Positions 28,641 to 37,687 of a stretch of DNA of 64,000 bases are shown here, one piece after another (position 1 is the first letter of the stretch; each line of letters begins with the position of its first letter). This stretch comes from Candidatus Binatia bacterium. Its GTDB lineage: Bacteria > Desulfobacterota > Binatia > UBA9968 > JAJDTQ01. The DNA is taken from positions 2,632 through 66,631 of the forward strand of contig JAJEAI010000005.1 of NCBI GenBank assembly GCA_022824205.1, in the 5' to 3' direction. Position numbers and translations under genes: made by a program. The notes under the pieces are model-generated. The model searched no databases and had not been told where the DNA came from. It saw only the letters and a list, made by a program, of their open reading frames with translations.

Positions 28641-29723
28641 TCAGAACACCACGTTGTACTTCTTCGTCAGCCAGTCACGCACCCACTTCCTGGCTTCCGC
28701 CGGGACCTGCGTGGCCGCCTTGAACTTGAGCTCGGCGGCCGCACCGGTCACCTGGTCGTAGGTGCCGATCTTCTTGTCCTTGTTGGCGATGTACTCGGGG
28801 TCCGCCAGCATCTTGTTGAAGGCCCCTTCGTAGGCCTTCGCCACGTCGTCCGGCGTACCCTTGGGAACCACGACGAACTTCTGGGCCGGGAAGCCGGCGG
28901 TGAAGAAGGCCTTCCACGCGTCGAACCAGGTGCCGGACGGCTTCTTGCCGTGGACCTGCTCGTAGACCTCCGCGAAGTGCGGCAAGTCCGGGAAGTTGGG
29001 GTCGCGAATCAGGTTGCCCTTGTCGTCGAGGGCGCCCCAGGACATGACCGGCAGCGCGCTGCCTTCCTTGACCAGCGGGGTCACCTTGGACAGGTAGGCG
29101 GCGGAGGTCTGGTAATCGATGCTGGTCTCGCCCGTCATGAACGCCTTGCGGCCGGCGGAGCGTCCCTTCATGCCGAACACCGCCTTGACGTCGAGCCCGA
29201 GCATCTCGAACGCCAGCAGGGGCACGAGGTCCAGCGACGTAGCACCCTGGGAGCCGTACTTGAGCGACGGCTTCCTGGCCGCCAGCTCGGCGGCGGTCTT
29301 GGCCCCGAGCTTGGGGCTGATGTAGGCAACGCCGCCCGTGGCATAGGCCAGAAGCGGACGCCACGCGCCGTAGTCGTACTTCACCCGCTTGTCGCCGAGC
29401 AGGAACGGGAACTGGGTGGACCCCGACGTTCCCAACAGGTCCCGGCCGTTGGCCTTGGCGCGCTTGGCGTACAGGTTGGCGCCCTTGGTGGAACCGCCCC
29501 CGGGAACGAACTTCAAGCGGACATCGGCGCCGCTGTGCTTGCGCAGGAACGGCTCGACGAAGCGGGCCCAGCGGCCGGAACCGCCCCCCTCGCTGAACGG
29601 GATCGTCCAGGTAACGGTCTTGCCCTTCAGGTCCGCGGCGGCGGCGTTGAACGCCGGAAACGCCAGCACCATGGCGACGGTCACGGCCACTCCGTGAAAG
29701 AGATGGCGGATACTTCTGTGCAT
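28641..29723 (-). CDS. tctC: Bug/TctC-family periplasmic substrate-binding protein
   Basis: Start at MHRSIRHLF (29723), with AGGAGGA upstream. Signal peptide AVTVAMVLAFPAFNAAAA, then TVTWTIPFSEGGGSGRWARF. Confidence 0.75.
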   Translation of the reverse strand: MHRSIRHLFHGVAVTVAMVLAFPAFNAAAADLKGKTVTWTIPFSEGGGSGRWARFVEPFLRKHSGADVRLKFVPGGGSTKGANLYAKRAKANGRDLLGTSGSTQFPFLLGDKRVKYDYGAWRPLLAYATGGVAYISPKLGAKTAAELAARKPSLKYGSQGATSLDLVPLLAFEMLGLDVKAVFGMKGRSAGRKAFMTGETSIDYQTSAAYLSKVTPLVKEGSALPVMSWGALDDKGNLIRDPNFPDLPHFAEVYEQVHGKKPSGTWFDAWKAFFTAGFPAQKFVVVPKGTPDDVAKAYEGAFNKMLADPEYIANKDKKIGTYDQVTGAAAELKFKAATQVPAEARKWVRDWLTKKYNVVF

Positions 29724-29888
29724 TCTCTCTGTCCTCCTGTTCCGTAACGAATACGGCCGAAATGAATCCGCGGAAGGGTAACGGAAACGACCGGCCCGCG
29801 CAACCGTCTCGATGGACGGTGGACACCCGTCGCGGAAAGCTGCTAGCACAAGAGGAACGACCCTCTTCCAGCCATCGGAGAAACACTG

Positions 29889-30950
29889 ATGCCCCTGATG
29901 ATCGACAACCGCATCGCCGAGCAGGCGCTCAACATGAAGGACGCCGTCGAGGCCATGGAAAACGCGCTCAGGCAGCTTGCCGAGGGCAATGCCGCTTACC
30001 AGCCGCGCACCGACCTGTGGTCACCCACCGCCACCGTGGGCGACTACTTCCGCTGGGGCTCGCTGCTGGGCGCCATCAAGGACCCACCCATCCTGGCGTT
30101 CCGCTTCAAGCTCGACATCATGACCTGGCAGGAATACAACGGCGCGGTCACCGAGCACTGGTTCAACGTCGAGCCGGGCAAATACTGCGGCATCATCCTG
30201 CTGGTGGACACGCGTACGGGCGAGTTGCTGTGCATCATGAACGACGGCTATCTCCAGAGCTACCGGGTGGGCGCCACCGCCGGGGTCGGGGTCAAGCACC
30301 TGTCCCGCGCCGACTCCCGTGTCATGGGTGTGCTGGGCTCCGGCGCCATGGCCCGCACCTACGCCATGGCCGCGTGCGCGGTGCGGCCCATCGAGCACCT
30401 CAAGGTCTTCAGCCCCACCCAGGCGAACCGCGAAGCCTACGCGAAAAAGATGGCGGAGGCCCTGGGGATCAGGGTCACCGCGGTCAACTCCGCGCGGGAG
30501 GCCATGAGCGGCGTCGACGTCGGCGCCACCTGCACCGACTCGCGCGTGCCCCTGTTCCAGGCGGACTGGCTCCAGACCGGCATGCACGTGGTGGACGTGC
30601 GTCCGGAGGAGCTCGAGGGCGAGACCTACGAGAAGGCCGACGTGGTCATCGGCACCTCCAACCAGGCGGTGTTCAACTACGCACTGGGCACCCAGGAGGA
30701 ACGCGACCGGCGCCCCATCGACAAGAACTACATGCGCCGCTACACCGACCGGAACCACACGACCCTGTCCGAGGTGCTGATGGGCGAGCAGCCGGGACGG
30801 GAGAACGACGGACAGACCACCCTGCACCACAACTTCTCCGCCGGCATCCAGTTCGCCGCGGTGGGCTACCTGGTCTACCGCTACGCCAAGGAGAACGGCC
30901 TCGGCCACGAGTTGCCGCTGGAGTGGTTCCAGCAGGACATCCGCAACTAG
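29889..30950 (+). CDS. ornithine cyclodeaminase/mu-crystallin family protein
   Basis: YRVGATAGVGVKHL...VMGVLGSGAMARTYA Rossmann segment; 353 aa. Confidence 0.75.
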   Translation: MPLMIDNRIAEQALNMKDAVEAMENALRQLAEGNAAYQPRTDLWSPTATVGDYFRWGSLLGAIKDPPILAFRFKLDIMTWQEYNGAVTEHWFNVEPGKYCGIILLVDTRTGELLCIMNDGYLQSYRVGATAGVGVKHLSRADSRVMGVLGSGAMARTYAMAACAVRPIEHLKVFSPTQANREAYAKKMAEALGIRVTAVNSAREAMSGVDVGATCTDSRVPLFQADWLQTGMHVVDVRPEELEGETYEKADVVIGTSNQAVFNYALGTQEERDRRPIDKNYMRRYTDRNHTTLSEVLMGEQPGRENDGQTTLHHNFSAGIQFAAVGYLVYRYAKENGLGHELPLEWFQQDIRN

Positions 30951-31068
30951 TGGCCTGTCACACGCCACTGGTATCCCGTGCGGTCAGAGGGATGAACACG
31001 CGAGGGACCTCGTGGCGCCGTACCGGCGGCTTGGTCGCGCCGGGGGCGGGGCACGGGCTCCCGCGTCC

Positions 31069-31950
31069 ATGACGCAGTACCTGCCTCAAGCCGTCGGGCT
31101 CCTGACCGCCTGGACCTACGGCATCAGCATCGTCTCCGCGCGCCGGGGCCTGCAGTACTCCAACGCCACGACGGTCACCCTGCTCTCGCTGATCTCGCAG
31201 ACCGTGATTCTGTGGGCGCTCGTCGCGGTCTTCACCGGGGTACCGGCCGTGGGCGCCGCGTTTCTGTGGCCCGCCGTGATCGTGGGGGTTCTCATGCCCG
31301 TGGTGCGCTGGCTTACGTACACCGGCATCGCGCGCATCGGCGCCGCCCGGGGCACGGCGCTGCGCTCCACTCATCCGCTTTTCAGCACCCTGCTGGCGCT
31401 CACCTTCCTGGGCGAAAACGCCACTCTGTCTGTGCTCGGCGGCATCCTCCTGATCGTGGCGGGCATCACCCTCGTTTCATGGCGCGACGAAGAGCGGCGG
31501 GCCGGCGCCCGCTGGTGGCACGGCGTCTACTCCCTGGGCGGCGCCTTCAGCGCGGCGGCCGTGCACAACATCGCGCGCTACTCGTTGCAGGGGGCCGGCT
31601 ACCCGATCCTGTTCGCGGCCATCGTCGGCGTCGTGTCGCTGACGACGTTCGCCGGCTACCTGGCGCTGCCGGGAACACCCACCCGGCCCGTGTGGAACCG
31701 GCAGTCCCTGGGACCGTTCGTGGCCGCGGCGTTGCTGGAGAACCTGGGGTTCCTGCTGTTCGTCACCGGCCTCAGCATCGGCCCGGTGGTGCTCGTCACG
31801 CCCATGGTGGCCACCCAGCCCATGTGGGTGCTGCTCTACACCGTGGTCTTCCTGCACAACATCGAGATGGTGACCCGGCGAACCGTGGGCGGCAGCCTCG
31901 CGGTGGTGACCGGGACCCTGGCCATCACCCTGGGAGGCGCGGCGCGATGA
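31069..31950 (+). CDS. EamA/DMT family transporter
   Basis: Ten predicted TM helices in two EamA-like halves. Start taken at MTQYLPQAV. Confidence 0.7.
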   Translation: MTQYLPQAVGLLTAWTYGISIVSARRGLQYSNATTVTLLSLISQTVILWALVAVFTGVPAVGAAFLWPAVIVGVLMPVVRWLTYTGIARIGAARGTALRSTHPLFSTLLALTFLGENATLSVLGGILLIVAGITLVSWRDEERRAGARWWHGVYSLGGAFSAAAVHNIARYSLQGAGYPILFAAIVGVVSLTTFAGYLALPGTPTRPVWNRQSLGPFVAAALLENLGFLLFVTGLSIGPVVLVTPMVATQPMWVLLYTVVFLHNIEMVTRRTVGGSLAVVTGTLAITLGGAAR

Positions 31951-31999
31951 AAAGCGCCGCCATGATCGGCCCTCGCGACCACCGGAAGGCATCCTGAAG

Positions 32000-33229
32000 G
32001 TGGCACGGCTCGAACCGCGCCTGCTGCGCAACTTCGTGCTGCTCTACGGCAGCTCGCTCTTCTCCGGGCTCGCCTGGGGCATGGTGCTGCCCACCATTCC
32101 GGTGCTTTCCGGCTCCTTCGACATCTCCATGGGCGCCGCCGCCCAGACGGTCACGGCCTGGGCCATGGGACGCTTCTGTGGCACACCCGTAAGCGGCATC
32201 ATGCTCGACCGCGTCGGGCCACGCGTGATGATGGTGGGTGGCGCCGCGGTTACGGGCGTAGCCGCCATCGCGGCTTTCCTGAGCCCGTCCTTCGCCGGAC
32301 TGCTGCTGGCGCTGTTCGTAATCGGCGCCGCCGACGCGGTGTGGGCCATGGGGCGCGAGGTCACCGGCATCGACCTCACCGCCCAGAACCAGCGCGGACG
32401 GGTCATGAGCGGCTTCCACGGGGTGCACCACAGCGGCGTCACCATGGGACCGCTGGTGGGCGGCTTCCTCACGGTGTCCGCGGGTTTCCGTACCGTGTTC
32501 ATCGCCTCCGCGCTCGTGTCCGCGCTCGCGACCCTTTCCGGCTTGGCGGTGGACAGGCCGGCGGTCCGGGGCGCGGCGCCGCGCACTCCGGTGCGGACCG
32601 CGTCCGGCGGCTTGGGCCTGCGCCACCTGGCCGGACGCCTGATGGCGCTCTACCGCGAGGTGGAGCCCTCGCTCCGTCCGACCTATGCCGTCCTGGTGGT
32701 GGCCACCGCCGCCAGCCTGATGTTCCGGCTGACGCTCCAGAGCATGCTGCCGCTCTACGCCGGCGCGTATCTGGGCTTCACTCCGGTGGAGGTGGGTGCA
32801 CTCTTCTCCATCTCGGGCGTGGTGGTCTTCTTCATGATCGTGCCCGCGGGCTTCGTGCTCGACAAGGTGGGGAGAAAGTGGGCCACGGTACCCAGCACCG
32901 TGATCCCGGCCCTGGTCTTTCTGGCCATCCCGCTGTCCAGTACCTTCCTGCAACTGGCCGTGCTGGTGTCCGTCCTCGGCATCGCCAACGGCCTCTCCCT
33001 GGGCTGCCTCGCCACCTCCACCTACGACGTGGTGCCGCAGCACGTCCGCGGCCGCCTCCAGGCCATGCGCCGCACCATCGCCGACCTCGCCGGCCTCGGC
33101 GCCCCCCTGGCCGGCGGCATGCTCGCCGACGCGTTCTATCCGGGTGTGCCGTTCTTCGCCCTGACCCCGATCCTGTGGCTGGCGGCGTTGCTGCTGGCGT
33201 TCGTGGCCAAGGAGACGCTGGAGCGATAA
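32000..33229 (+). CDS. MFS transporter
   Basis: 12-TM pattern and the MFS loop motif GIMLDRVGPRVMM. GTG start. Confidence 0.8.
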   Translation: MARLEPRLLRNFVLLYGSSLFSGLAWGMVLPTIPVLSGSFDISMGAAAQTVTAWAMGRFCGTPVSGIMLDRVGPRVMMVGGAAVTGVAAIAAFLSPSFAGLLLALFVIGAADAVWAMGREVTGIDLTAQNQRGRVMSGFHGVHHSGVTMGPLVGGFLTVSAGFRTVFIASALVSALATLSGLAVDRPAVRGAAPRTPVRTASGGLGLRHLAGRLMALYREVEPSLRPTYAVLVVATAASLMFRLTLQSMLPLYAGAYLGFTPVEVGALFSISGVVVFFMIVPAGFVLDKVGRKWATVPSTVIPALVFLAIPLSSTFLQLAVLVSVLGIANGLSLGCLATSTYDVVPQHVRGRLQAMRRTIADLAGLGAPLAGGMLADAFYPGVPFFALTPILWLAALLLAFVAKETLER

Positions 33230-33286
33230 GTCCATCTTTGGCCGGACCTCTCCTCCCGGTAAAGAGTCCCGACACCGTTCAGCATT

Positions 33287-34264
33287 TCAGCGCCGTGTAA
33301 TTTTCGGACCGATATACACGATGTACATGGCGTCACCGGCTTGTCCGGACCAAGAATAATGAAGACGTAGTGTCAGGGGACGTATCTTTCCGTGCCAAGT
33401 GGAGAACAACCTTCTGTTAGGATCGCTAGGATGGGGGAACGTCAACTCGTTCCGAAAGTTCCGTTTCTCGGTATCCGAGGAGTCGGAGAAGAGCGCATTG
33501 TCCCCCGTGAAGTAGTTCTGGTACATACGTTGTCCCTCTGTAGTCCGGACGCCGGAGGCATCGAAGGCGGAAGAGAATCTCTCTAGGATGTCCAAGAGTG
33601 CAAGTACACGCTCCGCCGCGCCCTTCGCGAACGGCAAACCATCGAGAGGACCGAAGCAGGCATCACTGAACGTCAGTCCGGGGCATCGAAGTTTTGAAAC
33701 CCTTTGCAGATCCTCCCATGACCGGAGGGACACCGGCGCTGTGCGCAACGACTCTTCCAGGGCTGAGTCGGTGCGCCAGTTCAGGAGCTCCGTACGTCGA
33801 TCTTCCCGCCCTGCATCGGCCTGCTTCCAAATCACGGCGACAGGAGAGAAGTCCCAATTCGAAGGCGTCACGCTGATCAGGCCACTCGTTAACCCTTGCA
33901 GACTCCGATAGGCAGCCTCACCGACCGCGGAGTCCGTAACGATCTCGTCACCACTTTCCAGCCAGTCGTCGGGGTGGTGCCGTCGGATGTCGTCCCAGAA
34001 AGGACCGCCGCGCGTCATCCAAAGCAATACGGCCCTGCGCATGGCCTCTGGGAACCGCTGAATGACCTGCGGCATTGGCACCCCGTGAACGGCCTCCACG
34101 GACAGCATCCGTCGATTGCAATACACGCCTCGCCCAAAACGCGACGCAATCACTCGCATGCCCATCAGCCGGCTCATGGCGTCGCAGAAGGACGATACGT
34201 CAGGGAACTGACCGTGAATTGACAACTCGTTGGCGAAAAGATCCACTTCAAGCCCAACCGGCAA
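33287..34264 (-). CDS. hypothetical protein, third gene of the low-GC DUF262/ATPase operon
   Basis: 325-aa ORF whose start overlaps the ATPase stop by 17 nt. I recognise no family or catalytic motif. Coding status is supported by length, coupling and its non-antisense-like composition. Confidence 0.6.
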   Translation of the reverse strand: MPVGLEVDLFANELSIHGQFPDVSSFCDAMSRLMGMRVIASRFGRGVYCNRRMLSVEAVHGVPMPQVIQRFPEAMRRAVLLWMTRGGPFWDDIRRHHPDDWLESGDEIVTDSAVGEAAYRSLQGLTSGLISVTPSNWDFSPVAVIWKQADAGREDRRTELLNWRTDSALEESLRTAPVSLRSWEDLQRVSKLRCPGLTFSDACFGPLDGLPFAKGAAERVLALLDILERFSSAFDASGVRTTEGQRMYQNYFTGDNALFSDSSDTEKRNFRNELTFPHPSDPNRRLFSTWHGKIRPLTLRLHYSWSGQAGDAMYIVYIGPKITRR

Positions 34265-35396
34265 AGTAGTTCATGTCCTTGTCAAACTGGTCGAAGAACC
34301 CCGCCGGCCAGGTGTCGACATTCCCTTCGATGTCTAGGCTCGGGGTCTGCACCTGCGGAATACCAGTCTCATCGCTTTCGTGGCGCGGCCTGAAAAAGTG
34401 CAACGCTACGTTCTCGGGCAACAGTTTTCGTTGTTTTATCGCTCGCCGGATACCGTTCAGAACATGATCGCTGTGTGTCTCGATCATGACCTGAACCCCC
34501 ACGGAAGCGACTTCAGCCAGGAACTCCCCCATCATGGCTTGTCCGGCAGGATGCAGATGAACCTCCGGGTTTTCGATCAGCAACAAGTCGTCTCGATTCG
34601 CCGACAAGGCCGCCACCACGATCGGAAACACCTGGGTTAGACCGAAGCCTGTATGGACTGGACGATGAAAATCCATATCACGGGACGTCCTAATCCCGAG
34701 AGTCACAGCATTAGCGCTAGCAACCTTGTCAACGGAAAGGCCACAGCCGGGGAAGAAGCGGGCCATTTGGGCCTCGACCTGGCGCAGGCGTGTTGGCGGT
34801 ATGCCCTGCACCACCAAACCGTCCAGGACTCGAAGATCGAGACCCGAGTAAAGGACACAAGCCGCGTATTCACCGGCTGGGCCGACTACTGGGGTTACCT
34901 GCGGATCTTCCAACACGTAGGACTCTCGCGGTCCCAACCGTTCGGCCGTCAGATAGGTCAGCCCACGCAATCGCTCAACCAAAGAATCTTCGGCACGGCT
35001 TGGCGGCAACAGGTACCGGAGGCTCCCGGGCCTAACGGATTCCTCTCCATCGACGCGACTGCGCACAACCGCCATGGACATCTCGCCGCGTTCGCCGCCG
35101 AACTCCCACTCATACGCCGTGTCTCCATCCAACAACGCGATACCACACTCCCGGCGACCGTGAATCTGGTCGATCACGTCGGATACCGTGCCGAGCCGCA
35201 TGGCTGCACCGTTCAACATAAGCCGCGTCGACCACTCGTGTTCGCGAATCGTCTGATTCAGCAATACGAGCCCCTGCAACACCGACGACTTCCCAGAGGC
35301 GTTAATGCCGGACAGCAACGTCAGTGGACAAAGTGGCAACTTCAGCAGCGAAAAACATTTGAAGTGTCGAAGTTCAATCCGTGTAAGCACCGACAA
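34248..35396 (-). CDS. ABC/AAA_21-type ATPase with DUF3696-like C-terminal tail
   Basis: Walker A GINASGKSS (residues 30-38). Signature-like GFGLTQVFPIV. Walker B plus D-loop LLLIENPEVHLHP. H-loop IETHSDHVL. C-terminal WPAGFFDQFD. Confidence 0.8.
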   Translation of the reverse strand: MSVLTRIELRHFKCFSLLKLPLCPLTLLSGINASGKSSVLQGLVLLNQTIREHEWSTRLMLNGAAMRLGTVSDVIDQIHGRRECGIALLDGDTAYEWEFGGERGEMSMAVVRSRVDGEESVRPGSLRYLLPPSRAEDSLVERLRGLTYLTAERLGPRESYVLEDPQVTPVVGPAGEYAACVLYSGLDLRVLDGLVVQGIPPTRLRQVEAQMARFFPGCGLSVDKVASANAVTLGIRTSRDMDFHRPVHTGFGLTQVFPIVVAALSANRDDLLLIENPEVHLHPAGQAMMGEFLAEVASVGVQVMIETHSDHVLNGIRRAIKQRKLLPENVALHFFRPRHESDETGIPQVQTPSLDIEGNVDTWPAGFFDQFDKDMNYFAGWA

Positions 35397-36480
35397 CGTC
35401 CTCCAGTGCCTTTCGAGTTACCTCGAACCGATACCTCACCTTCCTGGTGTCGCTTGTTCCATACGTAATTGCATCGTTAAAGTTCTCGTCTTCGAGCAAA
35501 TCGTAGAAGGCGAAACGGATATCCGTGCGAGACGAGTCAATCTGATCCGCGGTGTAGTGTGAGAGGCCCGTCGCCATGACGTCCCAAAGAGACGCGTTAA
35601 GGACGCCCCGCCGATCTTGGTCCGCCGCATGCTTCCGAAAAGCATGGCGGCCAAACAACTCATGGTTGTTTTCCATGCCTCTTCGAAAGGATTGACTCAA
35701 ACCTTGAAGATCCGCCTCGGGCATTCGGTTCATCTGCCGCAGGCACTGGGCCAGAAACTTGTCCATGTCGCCATTGTATTCCGAGAGGGGTATGAGTCGG
35801 AACGCACAGAACCTGTTAACGAACTCGCGGTCCCTCATCTTCTTCCGATTCAGGCTTTCACCGGTGGCGTTGATAAAAATTTCCGTTTGCGCTTCAGCCT
35901 TCAGAAAGCGTGTGGCCGGCCCCATAAATAGGCTGTTGCGCATCTGTTGTCTGGTGAGCGGCTCTCCGCTGTTGACTCGCTCGAATATATCCAGCCGAGC
36001 CTGTTCGGGCGCCTTTGAGTCGATAATGTAGAAGATGAGATTGCAGTCCTCAACCCGATTCTGGAGTTTGGATGACAAATCCAAAAACCGCTTTCCGTTG
36101 AGTTCGCTGCGGTCCGGAAGGCGCAATGCGAGCTTGTTGTTGACGAATCGCTGGAATGTGGAAAGGCGCTGCAAACCATCAACGACGACCATTCGCCCGT
36201 CATCGTTCTCCGCCATGTAGAACACCGGCAGAGGAATACGCATGATGACAGACTCTATCAACTTGCTCTGTTTGTCATCCGGCCAGATGAAATCACGCTG
36301 GAAGTCAGGATCCATTACGAAAGTGTTGTGCTCCACTCGTCGAAGGACGTCGTGGATGGTCCGATTCTCGTGTCGGATCAACATATCGTCAAGTGGATAA
36401 TCGCCCCACGAGCCTCCCTCGTGATCGACCCCTTCGATTTCTTCGTCAGTCACCGGATGACTCCATTGTTGCGTTTCCAT
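35374..36480 (-). CDS. DUF262 (ParB/GmrS-like NTPase) domain protein without a DUF1524/HNH nuclease domain
   Basis: FQRDFIWPDDKQSKLIESVIMRIPLPVFYM...VVVDGLQRLSTF (DGQQR-type motif), then RLDIFERVNSGEPLT. The stop overlaps the ATPase start by 23 nt. Confidence 0.8.
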   Translation of the reverse strand: METQQWSHPVTDEEIEGVDHEGGSWGDYPLDDMLIRHENRTIHDVLRRVEHNTFVMDPDFQRDFIWPDDKQSKLIESVIMRIPLPVFYMAENDDGRMVVVDGLQRLSTFQRFVNNKLALRLPDRSELNGKRFLDLSSKLQNRVEDCNLIFYIIDSKAPEQARLDIFERVNSGEPLTRQQMRNSLFMGPATRFLKAEAQTEIFINATGESLNRKKMRDREFVNRFCAFRLIPLSEYNGDMDKFLAQCLRQMNRMPEADLQGLSQSFRRGMENNHELFGRHAFRKHAADQDRRGVLNASLWDVMATGLSHYTADQIDSSRTDIRFAFYDLLEDENFNDAITYGTSDTRKVRYRFEVTRKALEDVVGAYTD

Positions 36481-36937
36481 CGCTTGGTCCCTGTATGCGT
36501 CCGACAGGTCCGTCTGCTCCGTTCAAGATTGAGAGATCACCCTGCAGGCATCCCTCTCACATGGATTTGTTGTGGCCGACCTCGCGCTCCTTTCCTTGCC
36601 CAACCCGACTGGCGCATCATCTTCAGGCAGCGCAACCCGTCCAACATCTCCTGAAACTCCGGCGCTCTAGCCGCCGTTCAGGGCTCGAAGTTGCACTATG
36701 ATGCAGTAAACAGCGGTAGCAAGAGATTCGCCCGTAGCGACTCCTGTATGACATCACGTATGCGTATAGGCAAATACTTGACGTCAACCCTCATCAACGT
36801 ACCCGGACCTCCTCCGCAGTCTCCGACCGTGGAGACGGTCGTACAGGCCGCATAGTCGACCACCGCCTTTGTCGCAGGGTCCGGTGGTTCGGTAGGCGAA
36901 CTTTGTCTGGCGAATGAACCACCGCACTCCGGGACTG

Positions 36938-37666
36938 CTACTTTTCTTCGATCTGCTCGCGGAAGCGTTCCGTGGCGCTCCAGGCCGCCTCATACCGGCT
37001 CTCGTCGATGCGGCCCCGCATCCGCTCCACCCGAAGCAGCAGGAAGTAGGTCTGGATCACGTCCTGGCGGCAGTACTCGTGGATCTCCGCCAGCCGGCCG
37101 TCCTCCCAGAGGTCCTGGACCATGGAGCCGTCGATGGAACCCTTGCCGCGCAGGCCGATGAGCTTGCACAGGAGGTCGAAGCCGCCGCGGATACGGTTGA
37201 CGCCGTGGTTGCCGATGAAGTCGTAGAGGTCGTAGTGGCCGTCCTCCGAGTAGCGGTAGCGGTGCCCGAAACGCTGGTTGAAGTAGCGCGGTGCGCGGCA
37301 ACCGTACTTGAGGGCGTGGAGCTCCAGGACCGGCAGGTCGAAGTTGCGGCCGTTGAACGACACCAGGGTGCCGTTGAACCGTTCGACCCGCTCCCAGAAG
37401 TCCCTGACGATGGCCTCCTCGCTGTAGTCGTCGGCGCACAAGCTCTCGACGTCGACGAGGACGGCGTCGTTGTTCACAATGCCCACCGCGATGGAGATGG
37501 GCACGTGGAAGGAGAGCGGAAGGAAATCACTGCCGGTCTCGGCCACGCGCTCGGCGCGCAGGCGCTCGTAGGCGACGCGGTCGGAGACGTCGTCGTGGGG
37601 AGCGTAGACCGACTTGACCAGTGCCTTGTCGATGCGGGTCTCGATGTCGAAGACGGCGTAAGTCAT
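36938..37666 (-). CDS. predicted 3'-5' exonuclease, RNase H-like fold (PolB exonuclease-domain-like)
   Basis: MTYAVFDIETRID (ExoI DxE)...LVSFNGRNFDLPVL (ExoII)...HYDLYD...YCRQDV (ExoIII). The upstream part of track ORF 36938..38053 was discarded. Confidence 0.7.
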   Translation of the reverse strand: MTYAVFDIETRIDKALVKSVYAPHDDVSDRVAYERLRAERVAETGSDFLPLSFHVPISIAVGIVNNDAVLVDVESLCADDYSEEAIVRDFWERVERFNGTLVSFNGRNFDLPVLELHALKYGCRAPRYFNQRFGHRYRYSEDGHYDLYDFIGNHGVNRIRGGFDLLCKLIGLRGKGSIDGSMVQDLWEDGRLAEIHEYCRQDVIQTYFLLLRVERMRGRIDESRYEAAWSATERFREQIEEK

Positions 37667-37687
37667 GGGTCCGGTCGATTGATCGCG

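Noticed and set aside
33230-36937. Integrase, transposase, tRNA or direct repeats marking the low-GC island as a classical mobile element.
   Set aside because: None was found by inspection of either border, so the island is supported only by composition and gene content.
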